A stretch of 64,000 nt of DNA, from the NCBI GenBank assembly GCA_965277405.1, contig OZ255726.1:576001-640000 (forward strand). The letters run 5' to 3'. A program made the translations under genes and the position numbers. The number at the start of each line of letters is the position of its first letter. Position 1 is the stretch's first letter. The notes under the pieces were generated by a model. That model was given only the letters and a program-made list of their open reading frames with translations. It did not search any database and was not told where the DNA came from. This DNA comes from Gammaproteobacteria bacterium. GTDB lineage: Bacteria > Pseudomonadota > Gammaproteobacteria > G965277405. This document shows positions 10,536 to 20,924 of this stretch, one piece after another.

Positions 10536-10900
10536 GGAATCTCTAAGGAACCTCTGATTAAGTCGCTGATGGAGCGAGTTTGCCTGTAATTGCTGATGAT
10601 TGCAAGGCGCAAACCGCATGCCGTAGCATATACGCCAAGGGATGCAACACAGCAAGTACCGCTTGTAGGCAAACCATCATATATTCAATAGAAGGCCGGG
10701 AAAAAACGCTGCGCTAACGTCGTTGCAGCACTTGATAATACCACCAGTATTATCTGCGCACTGCGTCTAGTTATCATCAGCGTTTTTTCTCCGTCTCGCC
10801 CATCATGGACTTAATCAGAGCTTCCATAATCAAGTCCGTAAAGAGCGATACGTAACAATACTACAAGTAGCGCGCTTGCGACAAGTTATTCAGAGCGTCC
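10536..10900. mobile_element. Older ~80-bp TIR element interrupted by MITE copy 3
   Basis: Removing copy 3 rebuilds GGAATCTCTAATCAAGTCC (IS left end is GGAATCTCTGATTAAGTCC); degenerate right end GTTATTCAGAGCGTCC ends at 10900. Confidence 0.6.
10547..10825 (+). mobile_element. IS5-related MITE, copy 3, nested in an older small element
   Basis: CTAA|GGAACCTCTGATTAAG...CTTAATCAGAGCTTCC|ATAA. Confidence 0.92.
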
Positions 10901-10914
10901 GTGCTAACATCAAC

Positions 10915-10991
10915 TGGTCGGGGCAGCAGGATTCGAACCTACGACCCCCTGCTCCCAAAGCAGGTGCGCTACCAAGCTGCGCTATACCCCG
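10915..10991 (-). tRNA. tRNA-Pro (anticodon UGG)
   Basis: Reverse complement CGGGGTATAGCGCAGCTTGGTAGCGCACCTGCTTTGGGAGCAGGGGGTCGTAGGTTCGAATCCTGCTGCCCCGACCA: cloverleaf, GTTCGAAT T-loop, 3' CCA. Confidence 0.97.
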
Positions 10992-11027
10992 AAATGCCGT
11001 TTGATAGTAAATTGATGATGGTATCTG

Positions 11028-12287
11028 TCAAGCCATATTATTAATGATAGCTTTACCAAACGCAGCAGTAGAAACTTCAGTTGCATTATCCATTAACCGC
11101 GCAAAGTCATACGTCACTATTTTTGCAGAGATAGTCGTTTCGACTGCATTGATAACCAACTGCGCCGCTGCGTGCCAACCAATATGGCGCAACATCATTT
11201 CAGCTGACAAAATTAACGAGCAAGGATTTACTTTATCAAGACCTGCATATTTTGGCGCAGTCCCGTGCGTTGCTTCAAACAAACCAACTTCATTGCCGAT
11301 GTTTGCTCCAGGGGCAATCCCAATGCCACCAACTTGGGCTGCGAGCGCATCTGAAATATAATCACCATTGAGGTTCATACAAGCAATAACTGAATATTCT
11401 TTTGGGCGTAATAAAATTTGTTGTAAAAAAGCGTCGGCAATAACATCGTTGACAATGATTTCTTTCCCGGTTTTTGGATTGTTAAACGACAACCATGGGC
11501 CACCATCTATTTGTTGCGCTGCGTATTCATCACGAATGAGTTGATAGCCCCACGCGGCAAACGCACCTTCAGTAAACTTCATAATATTGCCTTTGTGGAC
11601 AAGCGTTAAAGTCGGTAAGTCTTGGTCTATAGTGTATTCAACCGCTGCACGCACCAACCGATATGTGCCTTGTTTGGACGTCGTCTTGATGCCAATCCCA
11701 ACATCGCTGGTAAAGCGAATATTCTGCACACCCATTGTTCCTGTCAAAAAATCGACAACTTGCTGGGCTTCTTTACTGCCTGCTTCCCATTCTACACCAG
11801 CATAAATGTCCTCAGAATTTTCGCGGAAAATGCACATGTCCACATTGTTTGGCTCGCGCACTGGACTTGGGACCCCTTGAAACCAACGCACGGGTCGCTG
11901 ACAAACATACAAATCAAGCTGCTGGCGCAAGGCAACATTTAATGAACGAATTCCGCCACCGATTGGCGTGGTCAACGGACCTTTAATACCAACCTTATAT
12001 TGCTGCAATGCTGTGAGTGTTTCTGCTGGCAGCCATTCGTCGCTACCATACAACCGTGTTGATTTTTCGCCTGCATAAATTTCTAACCAATGAATTTTCT
12101 TACACCCATTATAGGATTTTTCAACCGCAGCATTGACAACATCCAGCATGACTGGGGTAATGTCTACACCAATACCGTCGCCCTCAATATACGTGATAAT
12201 CGGCTCATCTGGCGTCTGCACCAATCCATTTTGACCAATGGTAATTGGAGTACCGCTTGTTGGCGTTTTGATGTGTTGATATGGCAT
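11028..12287 (-). CDS. icd: NADP-dependent isocitrate dehydrogenase
   Basis: [39 protein letters not shown] and [10 protein letters not shown] motifs. Confidence 0.97.
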   Translation of the reverse strand: MPYQHIKTPTSGTPITIGQNGLVQTPDEPIITYIEGDGIGVDITPVMLDVVNAAVEKSYNGCKKIHWLEIYAGEKSTRLYGSDEWLPAETLTALQQYKVGIKGPLTTPIGGGIRSLNVALRQQLDLYVCQRPVRWFQGVPSPVREPNNVDMCIFRENSEDIYAGVEWEAGSKEAQQVVDFLTGTMGVQNIRFTSDVGIGIKTTSKQGTYRLVRAAVEYTIDQDLPTLTLVHKGNIMKFTEGAFAAWGYQLIRDEYAAQQIDGGPWLSFNNPKTGKEIIVNDVIADAFLQQILLRPKEYSVIACMNLNGDYISDALAAQVGGIGIAPGANIGNEVGLFEATHGTAPKYAGLDKVNPCSLILSAEMMLRHIGWHAAAQLVINAVETTISAKIVTYDFARLMDNATEVSTAAFGKAIINNMA

Positions 12288-12383
12288 TTAGGATCCTGGG
12301 TGGATAATCAAATTATAGCTGCTGCGCATACTATAAAACTGATTGAGAGGATGCAAACAATGCGTGGGAGTTTTATGCACATT

Positions 12384-12420
12384 CTAGCCAAAACAATTTA
12401 GCTAGCCAAAACAATTTAGC
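12384..12420. repeat. 18-bp tandem duplication upstream of icd
   Basis: CTAGCCAAAACAATTTAG x2. Confidence 0.9.
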
Positions 12421-12515
12421 CACTAATGTTTTCCGCATGCATTGCAATTACGTTGGAGAACGACGTCAATACACATTCGCGGCAAAACACACATTCCCTA
12501 TTTGCAGCTAGTCAA

Positions 12516-13526
12516 TCAATTGGATGCTTGAGATGTATTGTTGTAGATTACAGTGACAACTTGGCTTGCTGATATCGCTTGTAAATCATCACCATGACTA
12601 TTGATTACGATACTTGCCCGACCAAGCGGTCGCCAGCGCCCTGGATGAATTGGTCGGCGCGCTGCAAATAAACCAAACGTTTTGGTATTACAGGCGCCGG
12701 CAATATGCAAAGGTCCAGTACTGGCGGCAAGCACACCATCGACTTGCTGAATAGCCAAGTGCAATTGTGCGAGGCTCATGCTGCCCATGGCGTTGTATAT
12801 TCGTTGTGGAAATTGTTGGCATAAATTATCGACAACACCTTTAACTTGATGGTATTCGTTGCTTTTGCCTGTAAACATAAACGCTATCTTGGTTGCCTGC
12901 TCGCAGACGCTAGCAAAACGTTTGATTGGCCATTCGCTACCACTGCCAGCGGACTTTGGGTGAATAATGTACACAGGCAAGCGCGTCGCTTGCAAGAACA
13001 ACACCAGCGACTTTGGCAACTGCACAGTTGCTGGCAGCCATTGAATATTATCAGCCGCTATAGTTAAGTCTGGAGGCACAAAGATATTGTTGGCAATGTT
13101 TAGCTTTTGGAGTAATCCATAACCGAGTTGGCAATTGAGTTGCGCTTCATGCAGGTCTGACTTCACCCGTGACATCGCTACTTGCACATTACAATGCCAC
13201 CAGTGAAATATGCGCCGATTGACACCAACTCGGTATTTGATGCCTGCCTGACGCGCCCACTGAGCTATTTGTTTGTTTGGGAACACATGAATAATCGCAT
13301 CAAATTTGCTCAACCATGCGCTACGCTGTGGTGGAGGATATGCGCTCAACGTTTCTAATGTAATCAACCCTGCCACATTCGCTACACGCGCAACGATTGG
13401 TTTGGTGTATGCGCGGATTAAAAAATAAATCGCTGCGTCTGGTAGCGCGTTATGCAGATACGCAACCATTGGCAGGGTCAACACGACATCGCCAATGGCA
13501 TCTGTTCTGCTGAGGAGAATCTTCAT
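12516..13526 (-). CDS. Glycosyltransferase family 9 (LPS heptosyltransferase-like)
   Basis: KILLSRTDAIGDVVLTLP, IHP...WP and STGPLHIAGA motifs. Confidence 0.9.
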   Translation of the reverse strand: MKILLSRTDAIGDVVLTLPMVAYLHNALPDAAIYFLIRAYTKPIVARVANVAGLITLETLSAYPPPQRSAWLSKFDAIIHVFPNKQIAQWARQAGIKYRVGVNRRIFHWWHCNVQVAMSRVKSDLHEAQLNCQLGYGLLQKLNIANNIFVPPDLTIAADNIQWLPATVQLPKSLVLFLQATRLPVYIIHPKSAGSGSEWPIKRFASVCEQATKIAFMFTGKSNEYHQVKGVVDNLCQQFPQRIYNAMGSMSLAQLHLAIQQVDGVLAASTGPLHIAGACNTKTFGLFAARRPIHPGRWRPLGRASIVINSHGDDLQAISASQVVTVIYNNTSQASN

Positions 13527-13558
13527 ACAGATGTCATCCGCTTACTACAGCACTGGAG

Positions 13559-14704
13559 TCAACTGCTGCGCCACAGACAATCAATATCAATTTGATCGAC
13601 TGCTGTCTTGCCGCAAAACCCCATCGTGACATCGAGTTCGTTACGAATTAGTGCAAGCGCGATGTCTACACCAGCCTCACCCATCGCACCAAGACCATAC
13701 AACATAGCTCTGCCGATATAGGTTGCATGCGCACCAAGCGCCAACGCCTTGCAAACGTTTTGCCCAGAGATAATTCCGCTATCTATATGGACTTCTACTT
13801 TACTGCCAACTGCCGCAACTATTGCTGCTAATACGTCAATCGTCGCTGGCGCACCATCGAGTTGTCTACCACCATGGTTGGAGACGACTATCGCATCAGC
13901 ACCTACATCAACGGCTAGTTGAGCATCGCGGGGGTCGAGGATGCCTTTGAGAATAAGCTTACCGCCCCATTTTTTTTTAATCCACGCAATATGGTCCCAA
14001 CTTAGCGATGGGTCAAATTGCTGCGCAGTCCATTTGCTGAGAGACGATACATTGTCAACACCAGTAACGTGACCAACAATGTTGCCAAAACTACGGTTGT
14101 TTGTTTGCAGCATATTCCAGCACCAACGCGGTTTACTTGCTAGGTTGACCATGTTAGTAATCGTCAGTTTTGGTGGGGTTGATAAACCATTTTTGATATC
14201 TTTATGGCGTTGCCCTAGCACCTGCAAATCTAGCGTAACCATCAGCACAGAACAATGTTGCTGGGCACGAGCGATCAAGCGTTCGTTAAAATCACGGTCG
14301 CGCATCATGTACAACTGAAACCAAAACGGATGGTTGTCTGTTGCTGCTGCCACAGCTTCTAGCGAACAAATACTCATCGTTGATAATGTAAAGGGCACTC
14401 CAAAGCGTTTGGCGGCACGTGCTGCATGAATCTCGCCATCTGCGTGTTGCATCCCTGTCAACCCGGTCGGGGCGATTGCCACTGGCATTGTCACAGGTTC
14501 ACCGAGCATCGTTGCTGCAGTCGAGCGCTGTGCAATATCAACACCAACCCGTTGGCAGAATTTGATGTTGCGATATGCCTGATAATTATCGGCATAGGTT
14601 ATTTCATCCCAACTACCAGCATCGGCATAGTCATAAAACATTCGTGGGACGCGGCGTTTTGCCATCAGGCGCAGATCTTCTATGTTGGTAATGATTGGCT
14701 TCAT
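13559..14704 (-). CDS. lldD: FMN-dependent alpha-hydroxy acid dehydrogenase (L-lactate dehydrogenase type)
   Basis: FYDYAD, APTG, WFQLY, LKGI, SNHGGRQLD and IDSGI motifs. Confidence 0.88.
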   Translation of the reverse strand: MKPIITNIEDLRLMAKRRVPRMFYDYADAGSWDEITYADNYQAYRNIKFCQRVGVDIAQRSTAATMLGEPVTMPVAIAPTGLTGMQHADGEIHAARAAKRFGVPFTLSTMSICSLEAVAAATDNHPFWFQLYMMRDRDFNERLIARAQQHCSVLMVTLDLQVLGQRHKDIKNGLSTPPKLTITNMVNLASKPRWCWNMLQTNNRSFGNIVGHVTGVDNVSSLSKWTAQQFDPSLSWDHIAWIKKKWGGKLILKGILDPRDAQLAVDVGADAIVVSNHGGRQLDGAPATIDVLAAIVAAVGSKVEVHIDSGIISGQNVCKALALGAHATYIGRAMLYGLGAMGEAGVDIALALIRNELDVTMGFCGKTAVDQIDIDCLWRSS

Positions 14705-14785
14705 AACAGGGAAAGTTTAATGACAACACCGCAATACTACTGCATGAGTAATTGATGTGCTGGTGTTTAGGCAACCTCTGCTTAA

Positions 14786-14837
14786 GGAAGTTCTAATTAA
14801 TTCCATGATGGGCGAGACGGACTTAATCAGAGTGTCC
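14786..14837. mobile_element. 52-bp mini-MITE (two TIRs plus a short core)
   Basis: GGAAGTTCTAATTAATTCCATGATGGGCGAGACGGACTTAATCAGAGTGTCC flanked by TTAA/CTAA; a degenerate TIR lies just left (~14770-14786). Confidence 0.85.
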
Positions 14838-15954
14838 CTAAACTGTGAATATTTCCAGCCTTAGCAATGCATTCAGTAAATTCTGCATTGGCTTGCGAGT
14901 CAATAATAATCCCTGAGCCAATATGGTAGCGTAGTTGTTGTTGTCGAGCAATCAGTGTGCGGATGGCAACGTTAAACTGCATTTGCCGGTTTGGTGCAAT
15001 ATAGCCAATACTGCCAGTATACACCCCACGGGGTTGTTGCTCGTGTTCGTGGATAATCTCCATCGCCTTGTTTTTTGGTGCGCCGGTAATTGATGCGGCA
15101 GGGAATAACGCGGTAAAAATATCGACGACGCCAGCATCAGTCAATGTAGAAACAGTAGAAGTGAGTTGCCAGAGGCTTGGGTATTTTTCAAGCGTAAAGA
15201 GCGCGTCAACAACAACTCGATCTTGGCTGATCTTGCTGAGGTCGTTGCGTACCATGTCGACAATCATCACATTTTCCGCACGGTTTTTTATTGAGTGTTG
15301 CAGTTTATCTGCCAGATCCATGTCTTCTGCGTGGCAGCGGCCTCGTTTGCTGGTGCCTTTCATCGGTTGAGAATAAATATGTCTACCGTTGAGGCTGAAA
15401 AATAGTTCTGGCGAATTGCAACAAATTTGCATTGCTCCTGTGTCAATATAGGCGCTAAAATTTGCGGGGTGCTGGACTGCCAATTCCAAAAATATTTGCC
15501 ATATATCATGTTGCCGTTGGTGTTGCTGGGCCAGTAGGAAGGTGTAATTGATTTGATAACAGTCGCCTTGGAGGATTCGCTGCTGAATAGATGCAATCTG
15601 CTTGCAGTATTGTTGCTCAGTTACCGACGCACAGAATTCTGCTAATGCTGGGCGCTGTTGTATCGGCGGCAGTGCGTCCAGAATGATTGGTGGCGGATAC
15701 AGTGAAAACCAAAGTTTGGGGAAATCACTATCATGAACAACCAGGCGCGAGTCGAATGCTGGCGCCGCTTCATAACTGACCCAACCAACTGCATAGGCAT
15801 TGTGGCAGTTTACATAGTCCTCCACTGCAGTTAATGCTTTGGGTATATCTTTGCAATCGTCGCTGCTGACAATGTGCAATGCTGCGGTAAAAGCCCACCA
15901 TTTCTGTGTCGAATGATGATACAACACTGCACTATATGGCGCACTACTCTTCAT
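14827..15954 (-). CDS. pabB: Aminodeoxychorismate synthase component I
   Basis: GDCYQINY, SPELF, PMKGT, AENVMIVDMVRND, FPAASITGAPK, RGVYTGSIG and FNVAIRT motifs; the stop codon lies inside the mini-MITE TIR; start uncertain (15954 or 15969). Confidence 0.9.
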   Translation of the reverse strand: MKSSAPYSAVLYHHSTQKWWAFTAALHIVSSDDCKDIPKALTAVEDYVNCHNAYAVGWVSYEAAPAFDSRLVVHDSDFPKLWFSLYPPPIILDALPPIQQRPALAEFCASVTEQQYCKQIASIQQRILQGDCYQINYTFLLAQQHQRQHDIWQIFLELAVQHPANFSAYIDTGAMQICCNSPELFFSLNGRHIYSQPMKGTSKRGRCHAEDMDLADKLQHSIKNRAENVMIVDMVRNDLSKISQDRVVVDALFTLEKYPSLWQLTSTVSTLTDAGVVDIFTALFPAASITGAPKNKAMEIIHEHEQQPRGVYTGSIGYIAPNRQMQFNVAIRTLIARQQQLRYHIGSGIIIDSQANAEFTECIAKAGNIHSLGTL

Positions 15955-15959
15955 ATTGC

Positions 15960-16430
15960 ATGAACACAATTACAGCACTCTCTCAACACCTGACCGCCAC
16001 ACAAGCCATGTTGTGCACGGCAGAATCTTGCACTGGGGGGATGGTTGCCGCAGCTTGTACTGATGTTCCTGGCAGTTCTGCATGGTTTTGGGGTGGGTTT
16101 GTTGTGTATAACAACGCAGCAAAAATTCATTTAGGAATTGATCCAAATATTCTTTTAGAACATGGCGCTGTGAGTGATGCTTGCGTGCAGGCCCTTGCTG
16201 ATGCTGCACAAATTAGCAGCAATGCGCATGTCTGTGTTGCAATTAGCGGCATTGCTGGTCCTGATGGAGGCTCTGTGATCAAGCCGGTGGGCACTGTCTA
16301 TTTCGGTTGGACGATTGGCACGCAAATACATAGTGAGCATCAGCGTTTTTCAGGCAACAGGTATCAGGTGCGTCAACAAGCAACACATTTTGCAATCGCA
16401 AAGACCCTAGCATTATTGCTAGAGCATTGA
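15960..16430 (+). CDS. pncC: CinA C-terminal domain protein / nicotinamide-nucleotide amidohydrolase
   Basis: TAESCTGG, PGSS, HGAVS, SGIAGPDGG and KPVGTV motifs; start placed at MNTITAL. Confidence 0.88.
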   Translation: MNTITALSQHLTATQAMLCTAESCTGGMVAAACTDVPGSSAWFWGGFVVYNNAAKIHLGIDPNILLEHGAVSDACVQALADAAQISSNAHVCVAISGIAGPDGGSVIKPVGTVYFGWTIGTQIHSEHQRFSGNRYQVRQQATHFAIAKTLALLLEH

Positions 16431-16476
16431 CCCAGCACTGCTAATTTGCTGAAGCTGCGACTGAATCAGAATTTTT

Positions 16477-17574
16477 CTAATGTTCTTCGAGCTCACCGCC
16501 GTAACCGATTGGCTCATACATCAAAAAGCTCACTTCAATATTGTTTAGCTGATCAATTGTTAATAACTCTAATGTTACAGAAAGCGGCAATGTGCTATTG
16601 CCAGCGACGACTTTTTCTGGCAATGACTCCGCATATTGCTGTGGAACAATCAGTTTTGGGGTTTCGTCTGCTGCTATTTTTAAGAACAATAACGGTAGCG
16701 TTTGTGCAAACGCAGCATCGTTGCGCAACTGCCACTGTATCGTTAATAAATTCCCGTCTTGGCTGGTTATGAATTCATCGATATGCAGGGTTTCCTTATC
16801 TATAAATAATGGCAATTCACATTGAATAATCGTGCAGAGAATTTCATAACTATGCCGATACGCAGCGACGCTTGCATATGTCACCCGCGTTGCCAGCATT
16901 CCTTGAATAAGGAGTAACACGACTAATGCAACTCCACTAATAATAAATGGAATTTTTGAAAATTTTTTATGTGTGTTGATAGGGGAAGATGGCGTTGAGT
17001 TTTTCTTGCTTGATCTAAAGTCAAACCTGCTGCGCCCTTTGAGATTTTTTGCAGTAGTTTGCGCAAGATCAGCAACTACTTGTTCGTCATCTGTATATTC
17101 CTGTGCGGGGTTGTTTGCTACTATAGGTGACTCACCCATATGGAGCGATTGATGTTGTTGGCGGTCCTGTGGATCGATAGTAAATGTGCTGGTTGGCTTT
17201 GGATGGCGTGAGGAGCTGGTTGGTGTTGGCGAATTCTCAAACTCTGTAGCGTTATCAATGCTACCTTTTGGTTGCGCTGCAGCTGGTTGTAAGTTTAGCA
17301 GCGGTTCTTCAGGTTTTTGTTCATTAGCCGCTGCATAACTAAATTGCAACTTATCATCAAAACGTTGCCCAGCGTATTCGGCGCTTTCCACAGGTGCATC
17401 TTGCTGCTTTTTACTCTTCCAGAATCCTTTGAGTAAATGTGACGGCGCGTAGAATACTTCTTGGCAATTGCCGCATTGAATATAACCATCAGCCGCTTCT
17501 AAGTGCTGTTGTTGTAATGGCAGTTTTGCCGAGCACTTTGGGCATAATGCGACAAAAGATTTAGGCTGTTCCAT
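16477..17574 (-). CDS. Zinc-ribbon and DUF3426-type membrane protein
   Basis: CPKC...QCGNCQEVF zinc ribbon, disordered linker, TM, C.IIQC.LP and LRNDAAFAQTLP.L; typical position downstream of accBC. Confidence 0.8.
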   Translation of the reverse strand: MEQPKSFVALCPKCSAKLPLQQQHLEAADGYIQCGNCQEVFYAPSHLLKGFWKSKKQQDAPVESAEYAGQRFDDKLQFSYAAANEQKPEEPLLNLQPAAAQPKGSIDNATEFENSPTPTSSSRHPKPTSTFTIDPQDRQQHQSLHMGESPIVANNPAQEYTDDEQVVADLAQTTAKNLKGRSRFDFRSSKKNSTPSSPINTHKKFSKIPFIISGVALVVLLLIQGMLATRVTYASVAAYRHSYEILCTIIQCELPLFIDKETLHIDEFITSQDGNLLTIQWQLRNDAAFAQTLPLLFLKIAADETPKLIVPQQYAESLPEKVVAGNSTLPLSVTLELLTIDQLNNIEVSFLMYEPIGYGGELEEH

Positions 17575-17743
17575 ACAGTAGTTGCTATAGTAGTTAATAG
17601 ATGGGTTGAGTTGTATTCAGCCAATCATACCCTTGTTGCAATATTTGTGGTTGTGTTTTTGTGATTCCTATTATCGCAACACGACTGCTACTATAACTCA
17701 ATACTTAACTCAATACTTTGATGGTTGGCGCGAGTTGTGCTAA

Positions 17744-18972
17744 GGAATCTCTGATTAAGTCCCAAACAACAGCAATATCAGCTACAAAGATATACAATGG
17801 TGAATCTATTTGAATATTTGAATAAGCGGATAATCTTATGAAACAAACAACTTTTGCCAGTGCTGCATACGACCACAAGAAAGTAACAACGAAACCAAAA
17901 AAAATTCTTGCAGTCGATGGACAAATTAGCTCCATGGCAACGGTTGTTAGCGTTAATAGAACCGCATTATCCCAAGAAAGGGAATGGCCCGCCCACCAAT
18001 TAATATGCAGACCATGTTACGCGTTTATTGTTTACAGCAATGGTACAACTTATCAGACCCAGGGGTAGAAGAAGCACTATATGACATGGAAAGCATGCGG
18101 CGTTTTGCCCATATAGAGCTGATAGACGATGCCATCCCTGATGAAACTACCATCTTGAACTTCCGCAGGATCATAGAAAAGCATCAACTCAGCGTCAAGA
18201 TACTTGCTGTGGTGAATGAGTATTGTATGGAAAATAATATAACAATCTCACAAGGGTCGATGGTTGATGCCACGATCATCCATGCACCATCATCTACGAA
18301 GAATAAAGAGAAAGCCCGTGATCCTGAAATGCATCAAACAAGGAAAGGCAATCAGTGGTATTTTGGCATGAAGATTCATATAGGAACTGACGCTAATAGC
18401 AATATGATTCATAGCGCGACAGTGACAGCCGCGAATGAAGCGGACATCAATGAACTCCCCAAATTGCTGCGTGAAACAGATAAGGTTATCTTTGCCGATG
18501 CAGGATATACGAGCGACAGTTATAAACGCGGCTCGCGTCACCTTGGGATAGATTGGCGCGTGAATGATAAACGTAAACCAAAGCAGCAAATGAGCACCTC
18601 GCAGCGCCAACGCAATACACAGAACTCTAAGGTGCGCGCCCGGATTGAGCACTGTTTTCGGGTAATCAAATGTCAGTTTGGTTATAAGAAAGCTCGCTAC
18701 AAAGGACTAGAAAAGAATCGAGTACAAGTATTTTCTTTGCTGGCATTGACGAACTTATACATGCTGCGCGGACGACTAACAGGATAGAACCGCCCAAAAT
18801 TCAAGAAAAACAGTAAAAAACAATAAAAACAATAAAAACAGTAAAAAACAGTAAAACAGCAACACGAAGATCAGCGAAATGATCAAATATTGACCATTGA
18901 AAATTATTGCTATTATTTTTTTGGAGTATATGCGAGTTATTGGAGTATATGAGCGTCTTAATCAGAGCTTCC
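17744..18972 (+). mobile_element. IS5-family (IS5 subgroup) insertion sequence, 1229 bp, with CTAA target duplication
   Basis: CTAA|GGAATCTCTGATTAAG...CTTAATCAGAGCTTCC|CTAA enclosing a DDE transposase. Confidence 0.95.
17838..18787 (+). pseudogene. IS5 transposase with two frameshifts
   Basis: MKQTTFASAAYDHKK / KFLQSMDKLAPWQRLLALIEPHYPK / RPPINMQTMLR...LQQWYNLSDP..EEALYD...VDATII...KGNQWYFGMKIHIG...ADAGY...RARIEHCF. Frame changes occur in the A run near 17897-17904 and the C run near 17988-17990. Confidence 0.85.
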
Positions 18973-18980
18973 CTAAGGAA

Positions 18981-20327
18981 CTATTGCTGCAACTCCAATA
19001 GCTTTTCAAGGTAGTGAATATCGACACCTCCTTTAACAAACTCCGTATCACGAAATAACCGCTGATGCAATTCTATGTTGGTATGAATGCCTTCGATTAA
19101 AATCTCATCGAGGGCGTTGCGCATTCTAATAACAGCTTCGGCGCGGTTTTCTCCATGTACAATCAACTTGGCAATTAACGAATCATACTGCGGCGGTACC
19201 GCGTAGCCATCGTACAAATGGGTGTCAACACGAACACCAGGTCCACCTGGCATATGCACATGGTTGACAACACCTGGGGATGGGATAAATGTCTGTGGAT
19301 GCTCGGCGTTAATGCGGCATTCTATAGCATGGCCGACAAAATTGATTTGCTGTTGTTTGAATTGCAGCGGTTCACCTGTGGCGACTAAAATTTGGTGCTT
19401 GACTATATCAATCCCTGCAACCATCTCACTTACTGGGTGTTCAACCTGAATGCGTGTATTCATTTCAATGAAAAAAAAGCAATCATCTTCGTATAAAAAC
19501 TCAAACGTCCCTACACCGCTGTAGCCAAGCTTGATACAGGCTGCAACACATAGACTGGTAATGTTGTCTATAATAGCTTGATCAATATCTGGTGCTTGCG
19601 CTTCTTCGATGACTTTTTGATGGCGGCGTTGTATTGAGCAATCACGCACCCCGATATGTATTGCTTCACCTTGGCCATCTGCGAGCACTTGTACTTCTAT
19701 GTGTCGTGGCTTTTGTAAAAACTTCTCCATATACACGCGACCGTCACCAAAGGCACTCAATGCTTCGCTCTTGGTAATTTGCAATGATTCTGCTAATTGT
19801 TCTGAGCGTTCAACAACTCGCATCCCGCGTCCCCCCCCACCTGCTGCTGCTTTTAATATAACTGGATAACCAATTTCGTTGGCGATGTTGTTGTTTTCCG
19901 CTGTGTCATTTGTTAATGGTTTTCCTGAACCTGGAACTGTGGGAACGCCAACTTTTTTCATCTCAGCAATGGCACTGACTTTGTCACCCATTACTGTAAT
20001 GTGTGCAGCAGACGGTCCGACAAAATGAAAGCCACAACGTTGTACTTGTTCGGCAAAGGTAGCATTCTCAGCTAGAAATCCGTAGCCTGGGTGAATCGCA
20101 TCTGATCGGGTTAATTCTGCCGCTGCAATAATCGCAGGAATGCTAAGATAACTATCGGCTGCGCTTGGCGGACCAATACATACAGATTGATCAGCAAGGC
20201 GAACGTGCTTAAGGTCTGTATCTGCACTAGAATGCACCGCAACAGTTTCGATGCCCAACACTTTGCATGCACGTAAAATTCGCAGCGCTATCTCGCCACG
20301 GTTTGCAATGAGAAGACGTTTAAACAT
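18981..20327 (-). CDS. accC: Acetyl-CoA carboxylase, biotin carboxylase subunit
   Basis: [36 protein letters not shown] and [10 protein letters not shown] motifs. Confidence 0.97.
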   Translation of the reverse strand: MFKRLLIANRGEIALRILRACKVLGIETVAVHSSADTDLKHVRLADQSVCIGPPSAADSYLSIPAIIAAAELTRSDAIHPGYGFLAENATFAEQVQRCGFHFVGPSAAHITVMGDKVSAIAEMKKVGVPTVPGSGKPLTNDTAENNNIANEIGYPVILKAAAGGGGRGMRVVERSEQLAESLQITKSEALSAFGDGRVYMEKFLQKPRHIEVQVLADGQGEAIHIGVRDCSIQRRHQKVIEEAQAPDIDQAIIDNITSLCVAACIKLGYSGVGTFEFLYEDDCFFFIEMNTRIQVEHPVSEMVAGIDIVKHQILVATGEPLQFKQQQINFVGHAIECRINAEHPQTFIPSPGVVNHVHMPGGPGVRVDTHLYDGYAVPPQYDSLIAKLIVHGENRAEAVIRMRNALDEILIEGIHTNIELHQRLFRDTEFVKGGVDIHYLEKLLELQQ

Positions 20328-20788
20328 TATGCAATAATCGCTAATACTTGACCAAACTCTACTGGGTCACCGTCCTTGAGGGGAAGTTGTTTAATTGTGC
20401 CGCTTACGTCTGCTTTGATGTGATTCATCATTTTCATCGCTTCAATAATACACAGTGTGTCGCCAGCATTGACTTGACTACCAACTATTACAAACGCAGC
20501 TGCACCTGGTGCAGGGCTTGAATAATATGTACCAACCATTGGAGAACTGACTGTTGCACCTGTCTCTTCATCTGCTGCTGTAGTTGGGGGTGCAACAATT
20601 GTTTCTGGGTCAGTTGTGCTAACAGGAGTTGCTGCAATTGGTGCGACAACTGCTTTGCCAACTTTTTCTTTTGATAGTGAAACAGTCGTTGTTCCGTCGC
20701 TAATGTGTAATTTGCCGACGCTTGATTCTTCTAGGACATTCACCAACTGGCGAATGTATCGAATGTCAGTAAGGGATTTTTCAGTCAT
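20327..20788 (-). CDS. accB: Biotin carboxyl carrier protein
   Basis: SPMVGT and EAMKMM biotinylation motif; coupled to accC. Confidence 0.96.
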   Translation of the reverse strand: MTEKSLTDIRYIRQLVNVLEESSVGKLHISDGTTTVSLSKEKVGKAVVAPIAATPVSTTDPETIVAPPTTAADEETGATVSSPMVGTYYSSPAPGAAAFVIVGSQVNAGDTLCIIEAMKMMNHIKADVSGTIKQLPLKDGDPVEFGQVLAIIA

Positions 20789-20864
20789 ATATGGTATCCT
20801 AAATATTGCATAGCTTATATTAGCAAGTGTATGTAGTTTATGAAAGGTCTGATTAAGTCCTTAG

Positions 20865-20916
20865 GGAAGCTCTGATTAATTCCATGATGGGCGAGACGTA
20901 GTTAATCAGAGCTTCC
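20865..20916. mobile_element. 52-bp mini-MITE just downstream of the giant gene stop
   Basis: GGAAGCTCTGATTAATTCCATGATGGGCGAGACGTAGTTAATCAGAGCTTCC; preceded by a degenerate TIR at 20842-20860. Confidence 0.88.
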
Positions 20917-20924
20917 TAAACAAG

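Noticed and set aside
10915-10991. tRNA-Pro as an integration site for a genomic island
   Set aside because: No integrase, and I found no duplicated tRNA 3' end elsewhere in the window.
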